This document shows, one piece after another, positions 23,790 through 34,271 of a stretch of DNA of 64,000 bases; the stretch's first letter is position 1, and every line of letters begins with the position of its first letter. Location: positions 145,454-209,453 of the forward strand of contig MU626267.1 of NCBI GenBank assembly GCA_025603075.1, written 5' to 3'. The notes below the pieces were generated by a model, which did not search any database, had not been told where the DNA came from, and saw only the letters and a program-made list of their open reading frames with translations. Made by a program: the position numbers and the translations under genes. This stretch comes from Neoconidiobolus thromboides FSU 785 (taxonomy: Eukaryota; Fungi; Entomophthoromycota).

Positions 23790-24303
23790 CTAATCAAGAG
23801 CATTATACCATCCAGATTTGGTTACCTTATCAGTATTCGAATCAACTTTAAAGTAAACATAGTCATGTTTTCCTCTCCACTCATAAATTAAGTAGTATTG
23901 ATCACCAGCAGTATTACTGTCATAACCATCAGCACCCATGAAAGGGCCAAGGTTTGGCATAACTGGGGCCATTTGTCCACCAGCAATTCTTCCGTGGTCT
24001 CTGTTTCCCTGAGCCTCTTCTTCTCTGGCTAATTCTGGAATATGAATCTCTTTCCTGTCTGGTTCACCTAGTGCTTTTAAAATATCAACAGCGTTTTGAC
24101 CAGGTTTTCCATAATGTTCTTGAATGTTCTATTTATTAGTCTTTTTTTTCAAAAAAAGTATACTTATTTTATACCTTCAAAGCTTCGTGCTTAGCTTCCC
24201 CAAAGCTATCAACCTTAGGATTATGGTCACCGCCTCTAAAATGGCCTTGAATTCCTTTTAAACTTAAGTATGTTTCAACAGATTGATTAATATTAGCAGA
24301 CAT
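23790..24303 (-). CDS. Small uncharacterised protein (2 exons)
   Basis: Exon 1 MSANINQ..GHFRGGDHNPKVDSFGEAKHEALK; intron at about 24129-24174; exon 2 NIQEHYGKPG..ILKALGEPD..YYLIYEWRGKHDYVYF..SGWYNALD*; start chosen at 24303 rather than 24423. Confidence 0.7.
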
Positions 24304-24633
24304 GTTTAACTTGTTTGATTCCTTAAAACTTTCTTTTATAATCCTTTTTGTTATGACGTATCGTTTAGTAATTTTGATGTTTTTAATGTTTGGAAAATAC
24401 GATTTTTGTCTTAGTTTTTTCATTCCATCCCAAAAATAGCTTTTTAGTCACTACGCACTAAATTTGGTCCAATGACTATGCTTTAAAATAGAAAATGATT
24501 TAATAATGACATCATTATCGACCATTAGTAAGAATGTTAGTAAATTATTGGTTAAGGAAGAGCTAGACAAAGTTAGTAAAGATTATAAAAGGGAGAGGAA
24601 TTTTAAGTGGCTGTTTAGTAAAACTTAATCAAA

Positions 24634-25053
24634 ATGCCTAGAAAATCACGTTCATCACCAAATCGTACTCAAACTCGTCGTTCATCAACTGCTGCAGCCT
24701 CTCCTCCAAGATCAAATGCACCACCTATGTCTCCTCAAGCATCTGCACAATCTCAACCTCGTCAACCTGGTTTATTTGCTCAGATGGCTTCAACCGCTGC
24801 TGGTGTAGCTGTAGGTAGCTCTATTGGACATAGTATAGGTAACTTATTTGGAGGAAGCAGCGAGCCAGCCCCAGCTGAGCCTCAACAAGCACATTATAAC
24901 CAGTCTAATGAAACTTATGGCGGAGGCTCATGTCAAAACGAACTAAAACAATTTACAAATTGTATGGAGCAAAGTGGTAATGATATTTCTGTCTGTCAAT
25001 ATTATCTTGATATGCTAAAAGCATGTAACTCAGTTGGTAATCAAAGAATGTAA
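24634..25053 (+). CDS. MIX17: CHCHD2/CHCHD10-family mitochondrial intermembrane-space protein
   Basis: PGLFAQMASTAAGVAVGSSIGH motif and twin Cx9C (CQNELKQFTNC..CQYYLDMLKAC). Confidence 0.95.
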   Translation: MPRKSRSSPNRTQTRRSSTAAASPPRSNAPPMSPQASAQSQPRQPGLFAQMASTAAGVAVGSSIGHSIGNLFGGSSEPAPAEPQQAHYNQSNETYGGGSCQNELKQFTNCMEQSGNDISVCQYYLDMLKACNSVGNQRM

Positions 25054-25210
25054 TCTTTATTTAAATAAATTATTAGAAATAAATATAAGCTATTATAAAC
25101 TAATAGATAAACAATTAGATATAAGTTTTTCGATATAAGCTTTATTACAATTATTTAATGACTAATTTTACACTTAAAAACTTATTTCAAATGAATACAC
25201 TTAACCTACT

Positions 25211-25741
25211 CTACTGCGTGGGTTTAGGCATAACTACAGAATTAGCCCAGTTCGGATCTAGAGGATTTGGATGGGGACCAGGAATAGCCCAAAAAATGTC
25301 CTGGTTGATTTGAATGACATCGGGTTTAACTTGGACAATGACAGTTGTTGGTTTTATTTCAGTAACTGTTACCATTTCTTTAATTGTAACTGTAGCTGTA
25401 GCTGTAGTCGTACTAGTTGTCCCTGGGGCGTATGAGGTTGATATTTGGCTAGAAATTACAGTCTTTGTTTCAGTTATTGGAGGTAATATTATTGGGGGCA
25501 ATGTAACGGTAAAAAATTGGTTTACTGCTTGTACTTCTGTTGTTGTTTTTATCTCGGTCGCAGTTATTGTAACTGTAACTTTTTGTGCAGGTGGCGCTGT
25601 AGCTGTTACTGGTTTATGGCTTAACGTTATTGTATAATTGGTTAAGTTCTCTGACCCTCTATTTGACTGTAATTCTTTGTGAAACTGGCTATTTACATTG
25701 TACAAGGACGACAGAACAAGTACTATATTAAATAAATTCAT
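25211..25741 (-). CDS. Secreted Thr/Val-rich mucin-like protein
   Basis: Signal peptide MNLFNIVLVLSSLYNVNS; repeated TVT(V/I)T motifs; Pro/Trp-containing C-terminal tail. Confidence 0.65.
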   Translation of the reverse strand: MNLFNIVLVLSSLYNVNSQFHKELQSNRGSENLTNYTITLSHKPVTATAPPAQKVTVTITATEIKTTTEVQAVNQFFTVTLPPIILPPITETKTVISSQISTSYAPGTTSTTTATATVTIKEMVTVTEIKPTTVIVQVKPDVIQINQDIFWAIPGPHPNPLDPNWANSVVMPKPTQ

Positions 25742-26614
25742 ATCGTTATTAATTAAAAGTGTGCACACAAGAAATAAACTAAATTGTTATATTATTATCC
25801 CCTCCATCTTTTTTTTGATCACTCTCATTTAATTTACTGTTTAATTAAGTATAATAATATTCTCAAACATTGTATACAGAGCTTTTGTTGTTACGTTTTA
25901 CACAGGATGATCAAAAAAACAAACTTGGTATCTGATTTGTTAAAAGGTGGCAAATGAATTTTTACAAATTTCTAAGTTAGCAAATTGCAGTAATTTTAAA
26001 AATATAGCCACCTTATGTATACTTTACTATCCCCTCTAACAGTTGATGTTTTAAAGGCACTTTCTAAATTCAGTCATTTTCTTGATGATTTTATAGTTAT
26101 AAATAAAGCCAGTTTTAACTTAAAAGGAAATTATATTTCTATATGATTTTTTAGTATAAAAATATTTCAATATAAGCAAGGTTTTATGTTTAATTTAAGA
26201 AATAGTATAGATAAATAAAATTTGAACTTTTGCTGTTTTAACAGCTATTTAGATAATACAGTGTCATTTATATTCTAAAATAGATATCTTGAGATCAACT
26301 TCATGTTTATTGTAAGCATAATTGAATCCTCTCTATTCGGCAATCTACAAACAAGTCTTAATATCTTAGGATACACTTTTAAAATATACCTTTATTACTT
26401 ATATATAGGGATATATTTTTATTACCACTCTTTTTTTAATACATCAATATACAAATATAACTTTTGGATAAATCAATGGGTTATAAAAACCTATTGGAAT
26501 TTATGTTTTATGTATATATTATTAAGACTTTAATGGAAACTTATAAATAACCTGAACAGTGATCAGCTTGAGATTATTTAAATATTTTATTGTATTCAAA
26601 TTAATATAAAATAC

Positions 26615-26712
26615 GGGGATGTATTTTTGTGTCTAACGATTTTACTAACAATTTTTCTACTCAAATAGCACTTGAAAAAAAGAAAAAGTGATGAAGCCAA
26701 AAAAACATCCCC
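26615..26712 (-). mobile_element. MITE copy
   Basis: GGGGATGT...ACATCCCC with reverse-orientation interior; flanks ATAC/AAAT do not match. Confidence 0.85.
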
Positions 26713-26790
26713 AAATGATATCCAAATACTTAAGTCCACTTTGTTTTATACAAAATAATAATCTCAACCAAGGCTGTACTATAATATATA

Positions 26791-27270
26791 AAAAACCCAA
26801 ACAAATGGTCTATAAAATATCGCTTTGTCAGCTCCATGGTTAGTTATAGCATAATAATCGTCTAAGCTGTTGTGCTCTCAAATTTAGAGACAATCAACCC
26901 AAGCTCTTATTTTAATTTGCTATGAGAATTTCTAACTTCATTTCAAAGAACATTATCTCCTCGTTTTGATATTTGTACTTGTCGGAGTATAAAAGAGATT
27001 TTAAAATATAACTCAAGGCTTTTTAACTGAGTTGTTTCTCGATATCTTGCACATTTAATAAAGCTACTAAGTTTGCTTAATAGTATTTTACATAGATTTT
27101 ACATTAGTATTGTCTATTCTATTTGTTCTACATAGTCTGTAGCCTATTATGTGATATTCTTCATAATTCAAGCCTATCTTAGTCACATAAACTAAGACCT
27201 TTCGACTTATAGTGTAGTCAACCAAGCAATAGCTGTTTTTGACTCCAAACACTGAGTACCAGATTTCACA
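26791..27270 (-). repeat. Degenerate ~480-bp coding-like segment, copy B
   Basis: Colinear with 8733-9211; contains the 62-aa ORF 27088-27276, whose frame is also open in copy A; ends in a short tandem duplication ACTGAGTA(C/T)CAGATTTCACA. Confidence 0.8.
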
Positions 27271-27637
27271 AACCACTGAGTATCAGATTTCACAGGTGTT
27301 ATATGGATTGAATAGTGATTATTTTTTAATTATTTTGTATTTTTAGTTTTATTATAATCTTATCTTATAAAAAATATTTGAAAAACATTAAACTTAATTG
27401 CTTTTATAGCCTGATTAAATATAGTGGTAACAACTAAAAAAAAATGAAACAATAATAGAAGGAATTTTAGAAAAGCTATTATAAAAAATGATAATTTTAA
27501 AATATAATTTATATATTTGATCATTAATTGAAAAAAAGTATAAAAACAATAAAACTTATATTATAAAATTTTGGTTCTTATTTTTATGTTTAGTTGCATT
27601 CTATTAATATTTTAATTTTTATGATATTAATATATAT

Positions 27638-27736
27638 GGAAATGTATTTTTGTATTTAAAAATTTTACTACCAATTTTCCCACTCAAATAGCACTTAAAA
27701 GATGGAAAAAGTGATGAAGTCAAAAAAAACATCCTC
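27638..27736 (-). mobile_element. MITE copy
   Basis: ATAT|GGAAATGT...ACATCCTC|ATAT. Confidence 0.85.
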
Positions 27737-27860
27737 ATATATTGACTTAATTTTATATTTGTTACTAAAAATAGCTTTCTAAATTTTTAAAATATAAAAT
27801 AGAAAGCTGTATTACATATAAAAATATTTAATTGATAATTATTCCTAAATTTAGTTATAA

Positions 27861-27956
27861 TGGGATGTTTTTGGCTTTATCATTTTTTCCATTTTTTAAG
27901 CGCTATTTGAGTGGGAAAATTGGTAGTAAAATTCTTAAATACAAAAATACATCCCC
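27861..27956 (+). mobile_element. MITE copy
   Basis: TGGGATGT...ACATCCCC|ATAT with the family interior. Confidence 0.85.
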
Positions 27957-28100
27957 ATATTTTAAATTAAAATTGAAACTTTTCCTTATGTCTATATAAC
28001 AAAGTTGTCTTCTGAATATATAAATCCGTAATTATAAAAATCACAAATGTTGAAATAGAAGATGCAAAAATAACTTTCCGCTTATTTTGAGTTATTACAT

Positions 28101-28198
28101 GGGAATATGTTTTTCGTTTAACAATTTTATTAACGATCTTTTCACTCAAATTAGTACTTAAAAAATGAAAAAAGTAATGAAATCAAAAAAACACCTTC
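28101..28198 (-). mobile_element. MITE copy (diverged)
   Basis: ACAT|GGGAATAT...ACACCTTC|ATAT, reverse-orientation interior. Confidence 0.75.
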
Positions 28199-28368
28199 AT
28201 ATATTAAATAAAACAATTAAAAAAAGAATAAATTTACAATGAAAGTCCTTTAGAGGAAGAAAAGTATAAAATTTCAGAAGTTTGTACTAGTAAAATTAAA
28301 GCAATTTTTTTAAGTATAGTTACTTTATGTGTGTTCTAACATTCAATATCTTATGCATTAGTTGACAT

Positions 28369-28457
28369 GGGGATGTTTTTTTGGTTTCATCGCTTTTTTC
28401 ATCTTTTAAGTGCTATTTAAGTAAATAATTGCTAGTAGAATTCTTAAAAATACACCC
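28369..28457 (+). mobile_element. MITE copy with small internal deletion
   Basis: ACAT|GGGGATGT...TACACCC|ATAT. Confidence 0.8.
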
Positions 28458-28587
28458 ATATATATTAAATGTCCTTTTCTGAATTGATTCTGTCTTTGAA
28501 CCTTTCATAATTTTAAATATAATTATAGTTAGTTTTTAAAAGGAGTTTGTATTCCTATTTAAGTTTTATTTTAAAATATTTCAATAT

Positions 28588-28686
28588 GGGAGTGTTTTTT
28601 TTGACTTCATTATTTTTTCCATTTTTTAAGCGCTATTTAAGCGGAAGATTTGTTAATAAAATTCTTAAACACAAAAATACATCCTC
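28588..28686 (+). mobile_element. MITE copy
   Basis: ATAT|GGGAGTGT...ACATCCTC|ATAT. Confidence 0.88.
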
Positions 28687-28931
28687 ATATAACAAAATTT
28701 TATGTTAAAATAATAAATGGTGAATACCTAAAAATTGAGTTTTAACTTATACTTTTACACTAATTGTTTGAATGCTACATTACTTTCTATATTTTGAAGA
28801 GTAAACTTTAGTGATTAAAGATTTGTTCATTTATAAATAATATCAAATCCTTCTTGTTTAAAAACTTTCTAAATAAACATTATTTTTTTAAAGTAGATAC
28901 CTAAAATAACCTTACATAATGTTAAATATAT

Positions 28932-29030
28932 GAGGGTATTTTTTAATGTTTCATTACTTTTATCTCTTTTTCGAAATCAATTGAAAAGAAAAATCGTTCA
29001 CAGATTTTTTGAACAAAAGCAAACATCCTC
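28932..29030 (+). mobile_element. MITE copy, strongly diverged or a second subfamily
   Basis: ATAT|GAGGGTAT...ACATCCTC|ATGT; same 99-bp length, interior only loosely similar. Confidence 0.6.
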
Positions 29031-29622
29031 ATGTATTTGAATTTTTTTATTCCCTAAGCACTTTACATAATAATAAAAATTTGAACAGGTACTTGGTTTT
29101 CTCCAGTACCGTAATATTTGTATTATTACATAAAGATACTTGACTACAAAAAAAGATAAAACTCATTATAGAACTTATTGAGATATATCTTTTAGTTTCC
29201 TTATGTATTCATTTTTCATATAACATAAATTTTAAAAAAATTATTTGCCAAGTACAACAAAAGGTATTCCCCTATCCCTAATATTTGTAATGTCTTGAAT
29301 TATAAAAAAACTATTGTATTAGTAAATTTAGCTCGCTGTTAAAGCTATTTACTTATTAGGTTTTATACCGATATAAGTATTCAGATATATTATTTTTATT
29401 TAATTTTGAATAAATATTAAATATATGTTAGCATGAAGTGGGTCATTTAATAAATTTATTACTAAACAAAATTAATTAAATAAATTAATCTTAGATTATG
29501 ATAATCGATTTAATAGTAAAGCCAATGAAAAATGACGTAGCAAAGAATATATAAAAAGCCCAAATTAGAACATTTTTTATTTTATTTTTTATTTTATTTT
29601 TTATTTTATATAACTAAACTCA

Positions 29623-31032
29623 ATGAATACAAAAAAACAATTGAGTGTTGTATTTTTAACTTTATTGATTGATTTGTTTGCATTTACAGTAATTTTACCT
29701 ATTTTTCCATCTTTGATTGTTGAATATCAAAAAGAAGAGGTAATTTTTAAATTTTATAGTCTAAAATTTTAATCCTTATCATTAATCTAGAACTTTTTAT
29801 TGACCAATATACTATATGGAATCCGCTGGTTTAAAACCAATATATTGAACCAAACTGGGGTAGACAACGCTTTAGAGTCTACCTTGTTAGGTGGTATCAT
29901 TGGGAGCTTGTTTTCCATTTTACAATTTATCATATCACCGATCATTGGCAAATACAGTGATACTTATGGACGTAAAAAGACCTTAATAATCACAGTGATA
30001 GGCAACTTAATTAGTAGTATCATATGGTTCTTTGCAAAAGATTTTAGTTTGTTTTTATTGGCTAGAGTAGTTGCTGGACTCTCAGAAGGTAATGTACAGA
30101 TTGCTACAACGATTATTTCAGATATCACTAGTGTCCAGAATAGATCCAAATCAATGGCTTTAGTCGGTCTCGCTTTTTCTATCGCTTTTACAGTCGGGCC
30201 TGGGTTATCAGGCTATTTTGTTTCTATCGATTTTTTTAGTCAAAAGATTCATAATTTGTATAATCCACATAAATTTTCTTCCGCTGCTTTGTTGGCGTGT
30301 GTACTTATTTTTATTGAGTTGATCTTATTAGCACTATTTCTAAAGGAAAGTAAGGAATCTAATGTAGAGAAAAAAGAGGAAAATAGTAATGGCGAAAAGG
30401 AGGTATATAAAAGTGAAAATGAAGCAGAATATATACAAAAAAAGAATGTAAAAATAGAGGACATTGTAGAAATCTCTAAACTAAATAATTGTCACTTATT
30501 ATTTTTATTTTTATTTTCAGGGATTGAGTTTACACTACCATTTTTAGCACAGCATCAATATAAATTCAATTCTATTCAACAGGGACGTATGTTTGGGTAT
30601 TTGGGTATCTTATCTGCTTGTATTCAAGGATTTTATGTACGTCGGTATAAATTTAATGAAGGCAGAAATATTGTGTTAGGGATGTTAAGCTGTGTTATTT
30701 CTTTATTGACATTAGCTTTTACTATTCACTTTAATTTAAGCATAAGTTATTTATATTTATCAATTACCTTTCTATCCTTTACTTCAGCTACAGTGGTATC
30801 CTCGATGTCTAGTTTAACTTCTATTTATGCTACTCCCATTCCTAATCAACGCGGTGAAATTTTGGGTACTTTTCGTTCTTTTGGACAATTAGGGAGAGCC
30901 ATCGGCCCAATTGTAGCATGTACACTTTATTGGGCATATGGCCCAATTATCTGTTATGTTTTATCAGCCATTGGTTTAACATCAACTATATTTTATTTTA
31001 ATACAATACAATCAAAAATAAAAGAAAATTAA
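29623..31032 (+). CDS. Major facilitator superfamily transporter, MFSD10/tetracycline-transporter-like (2 exons)
   Basis: Exon 1 from ATG 29623 (VFLTLLIDLFAFTVILP); intron at about 29740-29791; motif A G.YSDTYGRKK, ARVVAGLSEGNVQIATTIISD, multiple TM helices. Confidence 0.88.
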
Positions 31033-31065
31033 GTTGAAACTAAACAAGTTTTATTTATTTAATAG

Positions 31066-32835
31066 CTATTCCTTATTAGAAAGATAAACAACTCCTGGTA
31101 ATTCTTTGCCTTCTAAAAGTTCTAAAGAAGCACCTCCCCCAGTAGAAACATGAGATATATTTTCTTCTTCCTTCCATTTAGCAGCTGCAGTAGCAGTATC
31201 ACCTCCACCTAAAAATGAAATTAACCTTCAATGTTAAAATAAGATTATAATTCGACTTACCAACAATGGTAGTTGCTCCTTCTTTAGTAGCTTGAACTAC
31301 AGCATCTAATACAGCTTTAGTACACTTTTCGAATTTTTCAAATTCAAACACTCCAGGTGGACTAATTGACTATTAATTCAATATCTAATGTGATTTCATA
31401 TATTAATTTACCCATTCCATAAAATAGTCTTTGAGCTAATAATAGCTTGCTTGAATTTTTCGGCTGATTTTTCACCGCAATCTAATCCCTATAAATTTAA
31501 TTAGTTTACTATGGTGTTTCATTATTATATAACTTACGAGCCATCCGTCTGGAATACCTTCGCTATCGGTAGCATAACCAACCTAAATACGTTAATGAAT
31601 GATATAATTGTATTTAAATAACATTACTGTAGCATCTTTAGAGAATTTATCTCCAGTAACGTAATCTTCTGGTAAGATAATCTCGACTTGATTTTTTTTT
31701 GCTTTTTCAATTAATTGAGGCACCAATTTACTTCCTTCTTCATCAAACAAGGAATTTCCAATCTAATAAAATAATAATAATATTAGCTTGATATTATGTT
31801 ATAGGATTAGTAAGTTACTTTAAGATTTTCTAATACTTTCTTAAAAGTAAAAGCCATACCACCACCAATAATCATACGATCTACTTTGTCTAAAAGATTT
31901 TCAACTAATTGAATTTTATCTGAGATTTTAGCTCTAATAAAATATGAATTAGAAAATGACATATCAATAATAAATAATTAATTACCCTCCCAAAATAGCT
32001 AAGAAAGGTTTTTTTGGAGTTTCTAAGGCTTTAGAGAAATACTCTAATTCTTTCTTCATTAAAAACCCTGATACTTTCAATGGAAGATCAACACCAACCA
32101 TAGAAGAATGAGCACGATGGGCAGTACCAAAAGCATCGTTAACATAAACATCTCCTAATTTGCTTAATGAAGCACGGAACTTTTCAACATCTGATTTATC
32201 AGCTTTGGTCTGATTTAAAAAAAAAGATAAATTGAAATAGCATTGAGTATCAAATTAATTTACCTTTTTACCTTCAGAATCCTTGCTAGAACCTTCTTCT
32301 TCAATATGGAATCTCAAATTTTCTAACAAAATTACTTGACCTAGTAAAAGAGTTAAAATAAATAACAAAATGTAAAACTATCAAACTGTATTACCATCTT
32401 TAGCTTCGCTACATTCCTTTTCAACTTCTTGTCCAACACAATCATTTAAAAATTTTACTGGTTTATTTAAGAGACGCTCTATTTCCTCAGCTACTGGTTT
32501 TAAAGAATATTTCTCAACTACTTTGCCGTTAGGACGACCTAAATGACTCATCAATACAACTGATTTAGCACCTACAAATTTTTTTGTTAATCAACCTATC
32601 TCCTTAACCCTAAAATTTAATAATACCATGCTCCAAGATATGTTTTATGGTTGGTAAAGCAGCTACAATTCTTTGGTTATTGCTAATCTTTCCATCAGCG
32701 AATGGGACATTGAAATCAACTCTATTTTATTATTAATATATAAATAGGTATAGATAACTGTAGCTTGATTTACCTTACTAAGGCTCTTTTCCCATTGAAA
32801 TCAACATCATCAATAGATAATTTATTAAAACTCAT
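31066..32835 (-). CDS. PGK1: Phosphoglycerate kinase (many short exons, absent from the ORF track)
   Basis: Spliced minus strand reads [119 protein letters not shown]. Confidence 0.95.
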
Positions 32836-33302
32836 CTTTTTTATTATACTTCGATAAAAACTTGAAGTTAAAACTTTCATTTTTATCTCTTTAGTACATT
32901 TTCATGATATCGAATTTAATTTGAACGTCATCCTTTCGATTGCTTCTGCCAATCATTTCCAAAATACTATCTTATCTTCACAGATTGAAGCTTTTATTGG
33001 TTTAATTTCGCTTTTTTCCACAAAACTGTCGTATTATTTATCCTTTATCTTTATATATTCACTTTTTTTTACTGGTTAAGTTTAATCTTTATTTTTATAT
33101 ATTAAAATTTATAGCTTCACTTTGTATTTATACATTTGTATATTATTAAAACTTTGTTTATGCTATAACCTTGTCATAACTTTTAAATTTTAAAAGCAAA
33201 AAATCTTCTATCAAAGCCAAGTTTAACCTTATCAGTTATGATTTATACTTGAAAAAAATTATAAAAAGATATCATACTTAATCTACTAAAAATCATAATA
33301 TA

Positions 33303-33334
33303 GAGGTGTCTTTTATTGAAAAAAAAACACTCTC
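33303..33334. mobile_element. Possible internally deleted MITE (two termini only)
   Basis: GAGGTGTCTTTT...AAAAACACTCTC|ATAT resembles fused left and right termini. Confidence 0.35.
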
Positions 33335-34183
33335 ATATTGGAAAGTTTTAAATAAGGGGGGAAGTATGATTGAAGTTGAATTTTTTATTTCATTGTTAAT
33401 AGTTTTCCTATAAATTATGAAAATTTATTCATTCCAGGTCATGCTTGGTGTAATAATTTTATCAGATTATTTATATTCTATCATGTTTAATTTATTGTAG
33501 TTATAATGAATGAATTGTATTATTAAGAATTTAATACAGATAATACTTATAATAGCCATAAGAGATCTGAACAAAGCAGAGTTTAATTAATTAATAGGTA
33601 TAAGTATTGTAGCTTGTTAATATAAAGTTGGCAAAAAATCTATAGTGTTTTTTGAATGTTTAATAGAGAAACAATCAATAGTAATTAAATTTATAAGAAT
33701 TAGTTTAATATTATAAAAGCCACATTTCTTATTTCTTATCTTTTATGATAATGATAGATCTATTATTAATTTATTTACATTTAAACTAAAACTTTAATAT
33801 TAATATTAAAATAACTTTTTAACTAAAATAAGTTGTATGATTCTATCATTTCATCAAATTTCAATTCAATGCTTTAGATAATATGATTAATCTGCACAGA
33901 CAAGTTTGAAAGTTTGATTAAGTAGAATTTTCAATTCCATTTTTTCTCTATTTCCTGTTTGACGTAAAATCTAAAAAAAATCTCAAATAGACACTAGGCA
34001 AGAGGGCACTCTCTCATACAAAATCTTGAAATGGGCAAAAAAGAAGCTGTTTCTGTAGTACTTAGTGCTTAATTTGCGATTCTTTTTAAAAAGCAGAATT
34101 ATACAAAATTTGAACTAAACTCTTAAACTAACCTATATGTGAAAAATAATTGTTTTGAAAAACATTCTATAAACTAAGTAGCT

Positions 34184-34271
34184 GGGGATGTTTTTTGATT
34201 TTACCAACAATCTTTATGCTCAAATAACGCTTAAAAAATGGAAAAAGTAATGAAACCAAAAAAACATCCAC
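34184..34271 (-). mobile_element. MITE copy with deletion near one end
   Basis: GGGGATGT...ACATCCAC|ATAT, reverse-orientation interior. Confidence 0.8.
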
